Of a stretch of DNA of 64,000 bases, positions 1 to 8,920 are shown in pieces; position 1 is the stretch's first letter; each line of letters opens with the position of its first letter. A program made the translations under genes and the position numbers. The notes below the pieces were generated by a model that was given only the letters and a program-made list of their open reading frames with translations, was not told the origin of the DNA and did not search any database. The DNA is taken from contig JBGANV010000001.1 of NCBI GenBank assembly GCA_044222185.1, positions 832,001-896,000 on the forward strand, read 5' to 3'. The DNA is from Planctomycetota bacterium (lineage in GTDB: Bacteria; Planctomycetota; GCA-002687715; CAIWVZ01).

Positions 1-33
1 ATCGCTGGGACGGAAGCCAGCCCCGGTAGTTTC

Positions 34-972
34 ATGATCACCTCAGAGCAAACCGTGCGCGCGGCCGTGAAGGCTGCACCCCTGGCACCTCCCGCCGTTC
101 GCCCGTGGACGTGGCCGTGGTTCAAGTGGGCCAAAGGGGAAGGGAAGACGTTCTTCTGGGTCTGCCTGCTTCACGGCCTTTCGTTGATCGGAGTCGCGCT
201 CTTCCCCTTGCCGGGGTGGCCCGTCGCCCTCGCGGCCTACGGACTCTTCTGGCTCGGTGGGCTCGGGACGACGATCGCCTACCACCGCGCTCTGGCGCAC
301 CGCGCCGTGAAGCTCAACCCGGTCGTCGAGTTTCTCCTCGTCGCCGCGGCGATCTTCAACGGCTCGGGAACCCCCGCGACGTGGACTGCAAACCATCGCC
401 TGCATCACGCGACCTCGGACACGCCAGCGGACATCTCGAGTCCGCGTGTTGGCGGGTTCTGGTGGGCCCACCTGCGGTGGCTGTGGCAGATCCCGCAGAC
501 TTCGATCGCTCGCTGGGCCCCCGATCTGAATCGGCCCAAGTACGCGGCATGGACGCGACTCCAGCTTCCGATCCTGGCCGTTGCCCTTTGCATCGGCGCG
601 CCGTTCGGCTGGGCCGCGTTCTTCTGGCTCGGACCGATCCGTCTCCTCTTTGCCTTGCACTCCCAGTGCGTCGCCAACTCGATCGCGCACATGGAACCCG
701 TGATGCGCGACGGCGAGGACTCGAGCCGAAACGTCGCGTGGCTCAGTCCGGTGCAGGCGTTCCAGGGCGAGAACTGGCACCGCAACCACCATGCGCAACC
801 GGCGTCGGCGCGGCTTGGGTGGACGTGGGCACAGATCGATCTTGGTTGGTGGTTCATCGTTGGACTCGAGAAGCTCCACCTCGCCACGAAGGTTCGTCGT
901 CCCCGCGGAGCGCACGCGAACTTCTCGCCCGCGGACGTGCCCGTTCCGGTCTCGGGCAACCACCCGACGTGA
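34..972 (+). CDS. Membrane fatty acid desaturase (delta-9 acyl-lipid/acyl-CoA desaturase family)
   Basis: Three His boxes (HRALAH, HRLHH, HRNHH), hydrophobic segments, 'GENWHRNHHA..SARLG...IDLGWW' C-terminal signature. Confidence 0.9.
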   Translation: MITSEQTVRAAVKAAPLAPPAVRPWTWPWFKWAKGEGKTFFWVCLLHGLSLIGVALFPLPGWPVALAAYGLFWLGGLGTTIAYHRALAHRAVKLNPVVEFLLVAAAIFNGSGTPATWTANHRLHHATSDTPADISSPRVGGFWWAHLRWLWQIPQTSIARWAPDLNRPKYAAWTRLQLPILAVALCIGAPFGWAAFFWLGPIRLLFALHSQCVANSIAHMEPVMRDGEDSSRNVAWLSPVQAFQGENWHRNHHAQPASARLGWTWAQIDLGWWFIVGLEKLHLATKVRRPRGAHANFSPADVPVPVSGNHPT

Positions 973-1008
973 AGCGGCGTCGGCTCCGCGCCGCACGTCG
1001 CGCGGACC

Positions 1009-1337
1009 GCCAGGTTCCACCTGGCCGGACGGCAGGGCTCCAGCCCTGCCGAGAACGTCGTCTGCCTCTCGATCGCTGCCTGCGGAGCGCCAGGTTTCAC
1101 CTGGCCGGTTGGCAGGGCTCCAGCCCTGCCCTGAACGCCGTGTGCCTCACGCTCGCTGCTGCGTGTGAAACGAACGCGTCAAAGCGGCCGCCGGCTGTCG
1201 GCGCGCCTCCCAGCGTCCCGCGCGAGTCCGGAGGCCTCGCGGTCCAGCCACGCTGAAAGCGTGGCGCCCCCGCCACTGCCTGCGAACCGCGGAACGCCAG
1301 GTTCCACCTGGCCGGACGGCAGGGCTCCAGCCATGCC
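1009..1337. repeat. Three direct copies of a 42-bp double-hairpin REP-like element (1009-1050, 1089-1130, 1296-1337)
   Basis: GCCAGGTT(C/T)CACCTGGC-CGG(AC/TT)-GGCAGGGCTCCAGCC(C/A)TGCC; both halves palindromic; lies between convergent genes. Confidence 0.85.
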
Positions 1338-1367
1338 CGGCACGTCGTCCGACCTGAACCGCCACGT

Positions 1368-2825
1368 CTACGTCCCGAGCACGAGACGAAGGCCGTTCGA
1401 GAACTGGAACGTCGGACCCGCGATGGCGACGGCCTGCAACCAGGCCTCGATACCGATGACGGCGGGGTCCGACGGGATGAGCGCCGAGAGGACGAACCCG
1501 CCCGATACGTCCGTGACGAACGGCGTCAGAACCGCGAGCGCGCTGTTCGCGACGTAGAGCGCGCAGCCACCTCCGAAGGCTATCGGTGGCGCGGCGTTCG
1601 GGGGGCTGAGGAACACGAAGCCCCCGACGTTCGGGGCCACGTGCGCCAGGGTGACGATCAGCGTGCTGCCGAGTGAAGGCGGGTTCGCAGAGAGCGACGG
1701 AGGCGGATTGGCGCCACAGCCGACGCCAATGGTGCTCGCGATCGCCGTCGAGTCCGTGCCGGCGACCGAGAGCATGAAGAATCCCTGATGGGGCACCGCA
1801 CCCTTGTCGCTCACGGCGATCCAGTAGGTCTGCCCAGTGAGCGCGAGGAACGTGGCACTCGAGAGCGCTCCGCAAGCCCCGTCGTCGTCACACGCGATCT
1901 GGACGAGGCTCGAACAACTTCCGGCGTAGATGCCCAGAACCGTATCCGAGAGCGCTGGCGTGCCGGGAGCACTCGCGCAGGTCGAGACGGTCACGCTGCG
2001 GTTCGCCGTGGTCGCGTTCGTGTAGCTGAACCACACGTCCGAGTTGTGCGGAGCGCATGAGGCCAGTCCCGTCGCGAACGATGCGCCGAGGTTCGCGGCC
2101 GGCGTGAGGCCTTCCGCTGCCGCGATCGCGGTGCTGCAGGCATCGTTCAGGGCGAGGAATCGGATGCTGTCGACGAGCAGGTAGCTCGGGCCCGCGTTGT
2201 CACCACCATTCCAACACGCGATGCTGAGGTATGCGCCTGCTGGAAGCGGCATGGGGATCGGGCCCAGGAACGTCTCGACACCGAACGTGAGCGTGTCGGG
2301 GCGGGCGCCGACGGTCTGGTTCGTGCAGGGTGGAGCCGAGTTCGGCGTGTTGAACGTGTCGACGTAGACGAGCTCCTGGATCAGCGTTCCTGCCGCGCTG
2401 ACGATGGCGAAACTTGCGCCGTCGTTGAATGGGCTGTTGACGCCCTCTGCGCGGAAGAAGTTCCACGCGAAGGTCAGACCCGTCGGCCCCGGCGGGATCG
2501 GGACGCGGACTTCGGTCACGAGCGGGGGAAGTGGTCGGGCAATGGGTCCTCCCGGGGGGACGATGGTCGGCGCCGTCACGGCACCGCCATTCCCGAGGAT
2601 TCGTGCGTACCGCGCGCCGCTCGTCGGCATCCCGCAGACGATCGTGCTCGCGATCCCGGTTCCAACGAGATTGTTCGACGTCAGTCCTTCGCAGTTTCCA
2701 GCGGAGCCGAGCGGAGGAAATGCGCCCAGCGGTGCGCAGTCGAAGTCGACGGCCGTGATGACCTGGCCTCGGCAGACCGCGGTCGTGATCGCGACGATGG
2801 TGAGTGCGATCTGGGATCGGTTCAT
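1368..2825 (-). CDS. Secreted protein with an NDxC/PPC-like Cys-containing domain and the shared C-terminal '..SNGL' domain
   Basis: ATG 2825 after AAGGA RBS; signal peptide MNRSQIALTIVAITTAVCRG|Q; 'NDACSTA..SDVWFSY..DTVLGIY..ACDDD' module; C-terminal IPSDPAVIG..LQAV..SNGLRLVLG. Confidence 0.8.
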   Translation of the reverse strand: MNRSQIALTIVAITTAVCRGQVITAVDFDCAPLGAFPPLGSAGNCEGLTSNNLVGTGIASTIVCGMPTSGARYARILGNGGAVTAPTIVPPGGPIARPLPPLVTEVRVPIPPGPTGLTFAWNFFRAEGVNSPFNDGASFAIVSAAGTLIQELVYVDTFNTPNSAPPCTNQTVGARPDTLTFGVETFLGPIPMPLPAGAYLSIACWNGGDNAGPSYLLVDSIRFLALNDACSTAIAAAEGLTPAANLGASFATGLASCAPHNSDVWFSYTNATTANRSVTVSTCASAPGTPALSDTVLGIYAGSCSSLVQIACDDDGACGALSSATFLALTGQTYWIAVSDKGAVPHQGFFMLSVAGTDSTAIASTIGVGCGANPPPSLSANPPSLGSTLIVTLAHVAPNVGGFVFLSPPNAAPPIAFGGGCALYVANSALAVLTPFVTDVSGGFVLSALIPSDPAVIGIEAWLQAVAIAGPTFQFSNGLRLVLGT

Positions 2826-2921
2826 CGGGCGTCCTTTCTTCGGTCGTACAGCTCGATCGCGCCGATGGCCTGTGTGACGCGTGCAACCCTCGACCCGCGG
2901 CGACGGTGCCACGCGCTGCGC

Positions 2922-3716
2922 TCAGTCGTGGTCGTGCCCGCGAGGCTGCGTCGTTCGCGATTGAGGACGCGAATCGGGTGTTGGTGCGGCGTCCGCCAGG
3001 TCGATCCAGAAGGCGTCGAAAATCTTGGAGCGTACGAACGTGAACGAGACCTCCGCGTACCCTCCGACTGCCGAGTCCTGCGTGAAGAATGCTCCACCAC
3101 CGGGTTGCTGGGGGTCGAGCCGGTACCCGACGAGCAGGCGACTGTGATGCGAACCCGTGGCCACGGGCCATCCGCGGCGAAGCACGTCCTGGATCTGATC
3201 GAATTCGGCGTCGGAGATTCCCGGCGTCGTGGCCCAGTGGCGGAGCCAATGAACGGTCAATCGGCCACGGGCGGCGATCCTCAGCGCACTCGCCTGCTCG
3301 ATCGCATCGGCAGGCGGCGTCGTCTTCGCGTCGAATGCCGCGCCATACGGCATCTTCTTTTCCTCACAAACGCCGCTTGCCTCGAAGCCCGCCAGGATGT
3401 GATGGAAGAAACCTCCGTCGTGGTCGGCACCGATCGCGCGGTTCTTGGCCCAGTTCAGGAACTCGACGCTGACGATCGTGGGCGCGCCTTTCATCCGCGA
3501 CATGGCGACGTCGAGTGCTCCGGCGACCGTGAAGACCGAGCATGTGGGCCGTGGGCCCTGCGCGCGCGGAGGCACACCCAGGCGCTGGAGTTCGGGACGC
3601 AGATCCACGATCGACGGTCGTGACTCTGCCGGCCGAGTCGGCCGTGATTCCTGTGCGATGAGAGGCGCGACGGCGAAGAGGACAGGAAGGACGTGGCGCA
3701 GGTGGATGACGATCAT
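2922..3716 (-). CDS. Secreted papain-like (C1 family) cysteine peptidase
   Basis: Signal peptide ending PLIA|Q; 'VDLR..QGPRPTCSVF' (oxyanion Gln and catalytic Cys), 'SVEFLNW', 'HHSRLLVGY' (catalytic His); GGGAG RBS before ATG 3716. Confidence 0.75.
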   Translation of the reverse strand: MIVIHLRHVLPVLFAVAPLIAQESRPTRPAESRPSIVDLRPELQRLGVPPRAQGPRPTCSVFTVAGALDVAMSRMKGAPTIVSVEFLNWAKNRAIGADHDGGFFHHILAGFEASGVCEEKKMPYGAAFDAKTTPPADAIEQASALRIAARGRLTVHWLRHWATTPGISDAEFDQIQDVLRRGWPVATGSHHSRLLVGYRLDPQQPGGGAFFTQDSAVGGYAEVSFTFVRSKIFDAFWIDLADAAPTPDSRPQSRTTQPRGHDHD

Positions 3717-3848
3717 GGGCTCCCCGTTGTGGTGGCCCATCGTACGCGACCGACGCATCGCGCGGGTCGGGCGCGGGGCGTGCGCGCTGGCGGCGCGCAC
3801 GCGCGTGGTCCGAGCGCGCGTTCGCGCTCGGAACCCGTCAGAGAAGAC

Positions 3849-5567
3849 TCAGTTCCCGAACCAGATGTAGCCGTTGCCGCTCGGGAAGAACTGGAGGTTC
3901 GTCATGCCAGGCGTCAGGGTCCCGCGTTGGCCGAACGCGTAGATCATGTCGGTGACGTATTGAACCGTGAACGGCCCGCCCACGGCGAACGTCTGCGATC
4001 CCGGATCGGTCGATCCGAGGTTGCCCGGGCTCACGCCGATCATCTGGTTGCCCGCGTTCGCCGCGATGCCGCCCAGGCCGTCGATCGTCACCTGGCCCGT
4101 CGTCGTGTCGAACTGGATGCCGAACGTGTTCGGAATCGCCGTCGCGAAGTAGGGGACTGCCGCCCAATCGACGCGGACGATGCCCGCCGCCGGGCTCGTG
4201 ACGTTGATCGATCCACCGGCGCCCTGATTGAGATCGCACCACACACCGACCCACGGGAAGTCCGTCATGCCTGCGGCGGCGGACGGGGTGAAGCTCGTGC
4301 TCGGCGTCGCCGTCCCGAACATGACGCGACCGTTCGTGATCACGCCGAGGCTCGAGTAGTTGATTCCGTAGAACGGGATCGAGGACGCGCAGAGCGAACC
4401 CGGCAGATTGATGACGACCGCCGTGTCGTCACCCGTCGGTCCTGCGGCAGAGGCCACGCCGTTGACGACGTGGATCTCGTTCAGCTGGCTCAGCGTGAAC
4501 CCGTCCGGGCTCAGCGCATCGAGGATGATCATCTGCGCCGAGACGTCGAACGGGGCTGAGAGCTGCAGCGGCAGCGTGAAGTTTGCGAATGGGACCGCGA
4601 ACGTGAGCCCGTTGAGGAAGCTCAGGGTCGGGTCGAACACGTTGATGTTCACGATCTGCCCGCCGCCCGTGTAGAACCCACCGGCCGTCACTGGGACGCC
4701 GGGCCCGACCGTGATCGCCAGATCCCAGGCGTTGCCCGGGTTGCTGCTGGAGAGCGCCACGTTGGCCGAGCCGAGGCTGCAATTCGTCGCCACGAGGTTT
4801 GCCACGGCCTTGTTGTAGGGCGTTCCGTTGATCCCGTTCACCGTGAAGGTCGCCGGTGCCGAGTTGACCTGGTAGTTGGCCGGCGGATTCTGGACGGAGA
4901 TGTCGTCGTAGAAGATCGTTCCGCCGGTGTAGAGGTCGATGTTCGCGATCGCGAGCGCGCCGCCGAGGATGTTCCAGACGCCGGTCGACACGGTCGCTCC
5001 GTTGTAGGTCGCGATCATCGTGTTGTTGGTCAGGTCGGCGAGGACGCGGATCTGCACCCACTGGTCGAAGACGACCGGCACGCTGCCGCCGCGGTTGACA
5101 TCCGTCACGATGCCGCCCGTCGTGAATTGGAGCTGCAGGGTCCAGCTGTACGGGCCGAGGTGGTTGTACTGGTTGTTCACGATGAACCACGTGGTTCCCG
5201 TTAGCCCACCGGTCGGGACGTACGACCAGGCCGAGATCTCGTAGAGGCCCGACTGCGGATAGGTCGTCGGGTAGTTCAGCGAGAACGGCTGGATGCAGTC
5301 GGTGGCGACGCCGATCTGCACGCAGTGGTTGCCCGTGTGCGGGACGACGGCCGGAACTGCCGTGAACGGATCGACGACGGTGCCGGCGGCGCCTGCCACG
5401 TTGTCCCACCCGGTCCATCCACCGGAGCCAGCGGCATTACCGCAGCCGGGGAGCGGGCAGAGCGTGCCTGGCACGTAGGCCTCGAAACCGTCGGACCACG
5501 TGAATTGGGCTGACGCCGTGACGGCGCTCAGCGCGAGAACCAATAACGTCGTTTGGAGCTTCACCAT
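3849..5567 (-). CDS. Large secreted beta-rich protein (N-terminal lectin/LamG-like region, C-terminal nidogen-like region)
   Basis: Signal peptide MVKLQTTLLVLALSAVTASA|Q; 'WSDGFEAY' start of mature region; 'TGDD..IPFYG..ITNG..WCDL' motif; strong coding bias. Confidence 0.75.
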   Translation of the reverse strand: MVKLQTTLLVLALSAVTASAQFTWSDGFEAYVPGTLCPLPGCGNAAGSGGWTGWDNVAGAAGTVVDPFTAVPAVVPHTGNHCVQIGVATDCIQPFSLNYPTTYPQSGLYEISAWSYVPTGGLTGTTWFIVNNQYNHLGPYSWTLQLQFTTGGIVTDVNRGGSVPVVFDQWVQIRVLADLTNNTMIATYNGATVSTGVWNILGGALAIANIDLYTGGTIFYDDISVQNPPANYQVNSAPATFTVNGINGTPYNKAVANLVATNCSLGSANVALSSSNPGNAWDLAITVGPGVPVTAGGFYTGGGQIVNINVFDPTLSFLNGLTFAVPFANFTLPLQLSAPFDVSAQMIILDALSPDGFTLSQLNEIHVVNGVASAAGPTGDDTAVVINLPGSLCASSIPFYGINYSSLGVITNGRVMFGTATPSTSFTPSAAAGMTDFPWVGVWCDLNQGAGGSINVTSPAAGIVRVDWAAVPYFATAIPNTFGIQFDTTTGQVTIDGLGGIAANAGNQMIGVSPGNLGSTDPGSQTFAVGGPFTVQYVTDMIYAFGQRGTLTPGMTNLQFFPSGNGYIWFGN

Positions 5568-5858
5568 TTCAATACCCTTCAACATCGTGTTGGACGTCAA
5601 ACGACCCGGCGTGTCTGCACACGTCGAGACTGCGCCGAGATCGCAATGCACACCGGCGCACATGCGTGGGATGCCCGGGGGGCGGGGTCCCGGAAAGAAC
5701 GCTTCACCGCGGGGAGTATCAGGCTTCGTGGGCCGGTTCGTCAAGGAAAACGTCGGCCGCGCGTCGTCCCGCCCATCTGCTGGCCGCGGTCGCTTTCGCT
5801 CACCGCGCGTGTGAGCGGGGGCGGCGCCGTGCTCGGCCGTGCCGCGGTTGAAGAAGGA

Positions 5859-6386
5859 TCATCGACCCGCGCGCTGGGCTTTGCGTACGACTTCCAGAAT
5901 GGCGACGAGCCTTGCGCGGAGCCGGTCCCGTTCCTCGACGATCTCCACCATGCGAGCGAGCAGGTCCTGCGGCGTGGCATTCGCAGGCAGGGTCGTGCGC
6001 ACTTGCGCGCGTCGACGTGGCACTCGCGGGTGGGTCTCAGGTTCGGCGCGGATCTCCGCAGGCGCGGACGGACGCGGCATGGGAGGAGGCGCCGCGACGG
6101 GCGGGAGCGATGGCCGCAGATCCGCCGGGGGTTCCGCCGTCGCACGGCTCAGGGCGATGGGGGGCGGCGACGGGAGCCTGGGAGCCTCCGGCACCGGGAT
6201 CGGGGGCGCCGATTGAAGCGTCGCGCGGATCTCCTCGAACTCGCGACGGCGGAGCGAGAAGCCGAGCGACGCCGCGCGCGCTCGGGCTTCGAGCAGTGTG
6301 AGCCCCGGCGAGGCTCGCAGCCACCGTGTCACCAAGACGATCGTGTCAGCCGGTACAGGATCGGATTGTTCTTCGGAGTCCCACAC
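5859..6386 (-). CDS. Hypothetical protein (helical N-terminus, Pro-rich linker, C-terminal coiled coil)
   Basis: ORF 5859..6407, probable GTG start at 6386; C-terminal heptad-like LLARMVEIVEERDRLRARLVAILEVV. Confidence 0.5.
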   Translation of the reverse strand: MWDSEEQSDPVPADTIVLVTRWLRASPGLTLLEARARAASLGFSLRRREFEEIRATLQSAPPIPVPEAPRLPSPPPIALSRATAEPPADLRPSLPPVAAPPPMPRPSAPAEIRAEPETHPRVPRRRAQVRTTLPANATPQDLLARMVEIVEERDRLRARLVAILEVVRKAQRAGR

Positions 6387-6482
6387 GCGACGAGTGTAAC
6401 CGGCCAATGGCCGGGAAAAGGTGGGCAGGCGCCGTAGCGGCGCTCCGGATCCTGCACCGCGAAGATGCCCTCGCGTGCCGAA

Positions 6483-6760
6483 TCAGTCGCGCGTCGGTGC
6501 GAGCGCTTGGCGGAAATCGACATCGTCCACGACGGGAACCACGCGCACGTCGAGGGTGTCGTTCCATTGCAGGCGGAATCGCGTGAGCGCGCGCGTCGGC
6601 GGTCTCCAGCAGGTCCAAGCCCGAGCTGAGGTCAGATGCGGTTCATCGGCCGGAGAGTTTGATCCCGGCGGGGATCCCATTTCCGATTTCTCGGAAGCGG
6701 GCGAGGGTCCTCGCGGACGGTGCGATCGGGCTTCAAGGCAAACGTCGAGATGAAAAGCCT
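6483..6760 (-). pseudogene. DUF3303-family pseudogene
   Basis: Reconstructed across frames: (AGG)LFISTFALKPDRTVRE / TLARFREIGNGIPAGIKLSGR*TASDLSSGLDLLETADARA / LTRFRLQWNDTLDVRVVPVVDDVDFRQAL; two frameshifts, internal TGA at the family Trp position, AGG in place of ATG. Confidence 0.7.
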
Positions 6761-6857
6761 GTGTGCTTCCGGATCCGCCGGGAACCGTGGACGTGCGGGT
6801 CGAAGTCGACTACGCGCGCGCCAGGACCGGATCCCTCGGGCGCTGCGCTCACTCGGC

Positions 6858-6908
6858 AGAAAAGAATGAGCCCTGCGCGCCGCGGGCAAGGCGGGGCGCG
6901 CAGGGCTC
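6858..6908 (-). terminator. Intrinsic terminator
   Basis: Perfect 14-bp stem (6868-6881 / 6895-6908) followed on the minus strand by ATTCTTTTCT. Confidence 0.7.
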
Positions 6909-7002
6909 CTGGCCGGTCACGGGGCATGACCGGGGTCGTCGCCCGGCGATCGCGGACGACGGCCTCTCACGGCGTGAAAGTCCTACGGCAACTGTGTGCT
7001 CA
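6858..7002 (-). ncRNA. Putative ECF-sigma-dependent small RNA (~145 nt)
   Basis: Bounded by an ECF-type promoter (7008-7036) and a terminator; four consecutive hairpins; no ORF with a credible RBS. Confidence 0.4.
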
Positions 7003-7007
7003 GGGGG

Positions 7008-7036
7008 TTCAACACCCCGGATCCGGGGAAGTTGCA
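7008..7036 (-). promoter_or_regulatory. Putative ECF promoter TGCAAC-N16-TGTTGAA
   Basis: Closely matches the motif upstream of the ECF sigma gene (TGTAAC-N16-CGTTCAA), with identical spacing. Confidence 0.5.
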
Positions 7037-7102
7037 GGCTCGTCTTGCTGATGGAGCGGATTCGTTGGTGCGACCGCTTCGCACGCGAGAGGTCGGGTGG
7101 AC

Positions 7103-8131
7103 TCAGTTCGCCTTCAACGGCGCTGCGGACGGCGCGTACGACTGCCACCGGAACGCGTCCGGCGAGGGCGCCGTCGCCAGTCGGCGCAGGTTGATCGTCA
7201 CGCCGCGCAGCTTGATCTGCCGGATTGACCCCTGCCGGTCGACCGAGACCTCGGTGCGCATGTGGGGACGGCCGTCGCTGGTCTCCGCCCCGAGTTCATA
7301 GACCGTGACGTCGGCGCGATCGATCTGCTCCTCGCGAACGACGCGTGGCTGGCTCCGACCGGCACGCATGGCTTCGAGGAGGTCGTGGAAATTCGTCCAC
7401 CACCCGAAGGGGCTCTGGTCCTGCAGGTCCGACGGCCGACCTCCGCGCGGCATGGCCGCCCGGAACGCCTGTTCGAGCGTCTGACCATTCAGATCGATCC
7501 ATTGCACGTTCGAGAGTCCCTCGATCCAGCGCCATGCGATGGTCCCGTCCGAGCCGAGCCATCCCGACTTGCCGGGCGGAACGAACGGCACGCTCATTCG
7601 CGACGCCCCGGGAAGTGGCGGCAGGAACCCAGCCGTTCGAAGCAGAACCTGTCCGTTGGGGCCGAGCGTGAGCTTGGCCTCGAAGCGCAGGATCGACGGG
7701 AGGCTTTCCGCCCGTGGCTGACGGATGTCGATCTCGAGCCACGCGGATTGGTCGAGCGCACGCGCGGCGGCCTCAGACAAGGAGGACGCGATCACCTCCG
7801 AGGGTCCGAGCGGCCGGAAGTGGACGAGAACCATGGCGACGAGGAGCACGGCTGCCGCCGCGACGACCATTCGTCGCGCGCCGTGCCAGCGGGCGGCCCG
7901 GCGTACCGAGTCGAGCGTCGGGCCCGAAGCGACGGACCCCACGGCTGACGCGGCGGAGTGCGTTCGACTGAAATGGGCGCGCGTGGCGTCGCCGAGCTTG
8001 CGAAGCAGCGTGTGCTCGACCGCGCAAACACTGCATGCCGCGAGGTGCGCGGCGACATCACCGCGGGCCTGCGGGGCGAGCTCGTCATCGACGAATTCGG
8101 AGAGGAGGCCCTGAACCGTCTCGCAGTTCAC
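7103..8131 (-). CDS. Zinc-finger (zf-HC2/ZAS) membrane anti-sigma factor with a periplasmic, possibly LolA-like, domain
   Basis: GTG start overlaps sigma stop (GTGA); 'NCETVQGLLSEFVDDEL..HLAACSVC' HxxxCxxC; one TM; 'GSDGTIAWRW' periplasmic motif. Confidence 0.85.
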   Translation of the reverse strand: MNCETVQGLLSEFVDDELAPQARGDVAAHLAACSVCAVEHTLLRKLGDATRAHFSRTHSAASAVGSVASGPTLDSVRRAARWHGARRMVVAAAAVLLVAMVLVHFRPLGPSEVIASSLSEAAARALDQSAWLEIDIRQPRAESLPSILRFEAKLTLGPNGQVLLRTAGFLPPLPGASRMSVPFVPPGKSGWLGSDGTIAWRWIEGLSNVQWIDLNGQTLEQAFRAAMPRGGRPSDLQDQSPFGWWTNFHDLLEAMRAGRSQPRVVREEQIDRADVTVYELGAETSDGRPHMRTEVSVDRQGSIRQIKLRGVTINLRRLATAPSPDAFRWQSYAPSAAPLKAN

Positions 8132-8745
8132 GATGCGCTCCCTCCTCGTTCGAGATACGGACGAAGGGAGTCCATGAGGCGGCGACGGGCCCGGTGGATC
8201 CAGATCTTCACCTCGGCGAGGGACGCTCCGAGGGCCACGGCGATGTCGGCATACGCCATCTCCTCGTGCTCGCGCAGGAAGAGGGCTGCGCGGTGTTTGG
8301 GCGGAAGCAGTTCCACGGCCGCGGCGATCTGTTCGCTCAGCTCTTTCTGCTCGACGATGCGAGATGGATCGGCGAACGACTGGCGGGCTGCCGCGGTGTT
8401 CGTCGAGTCCAGATCCGGGTCCGCGGAATCGGCGGTGGTGACGCCAGGGTTGCGCCGGCGGCGTTCGGTCAAACAGAGGTTCGTCAGGATCTTGAAGAAG
8501 AAGGTTCGAAAGCGGGCTCGCTCCTCGGCGCGCTCGCGGGCTCGGTAGACCTTCAGGAACCCGAGTTGGACCACGTCCTCCGCCTTTTGATGGTCGCCGA
8601 GCATCTGCCGGCAGAAGGTGACGGCCGAGTCGCGATACCGTGCGACCAGCTCGGAGAACGCGGAACCCTCGCCGCGCATGCTCGCCCGGAGCAGCTCCCA
8701 GTCGTCGACCTCTGTCAAAAGTGCGATCTCGTTGAGGAGTACCAC
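8128..8745 (-). CDS. ECF RNA polymerase sigma factor
   Basis: Region 2 'AEDVVQLGFLKVY..FRTFFFKILTNLCL', region 4 'LPPKHRAALFLREHEEMAYADIA..EVKIWIHRARRRL'. Confidence 0.92.
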   Translation of the reverse strand: MVLLNEIALLTEVDDWELLRASMRGEGSAFSELVARYRDSAVTFCRQMLGDHQKAEDVVQLGFLKVYRARERAEERARFRTFFFKILTNLCLTERRRRNPGVTTADSADPDLDSTNTAAARQSFADPSRIVEQKELSEQIAAAVELLPPKHRAALFLREHEEMAYADIAVALGASLAEVKIWIHRARRRLMDSLRPYLERGGSAS

Positions 8746-8775
8746 CCGCAGGCTCCCGCGTCGTCTTCGGACTTG

Positions 8776-8801
8776 AACGTCGGGTACCCCGGCAGGTTAC
8801 A
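8776..8801 (-). promoter_or_regulatory. Putative autoregulatory ECF promoter TGTAAC-N16-CGTT
   Basis: Canonical AAC(-35)/CGT(-10) ECF arrangement about 30 bp upstream of the sigma start. Confidence 0.6.
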
Positions 8802-8920
8802 CGGGCCACGTCGGGTTCGGGGCCGCGGTCACTGCGGCGACACCTTACCGGGCGTGGCTCGCGCAAAAAGATCCCGGATCGGGCGGCGAGGAGAGGGACG
8901 GGGTCTCGTCGGGTTCGCCG

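Noticed and set aside
1009-1337. Possible mini CRISPR array (42-bp repeats, first spacer 38 bp)
   Set aside because: Second spacer is 165 bp, flanks are also conserved, the double-palindrome layout is REP-like, and there are no cas genes in the window
6733-6927. 64-aa ORF inside the candidate sRNA
   Set aside because: No RBS, runs through the terminator hairpin, no protein-like features
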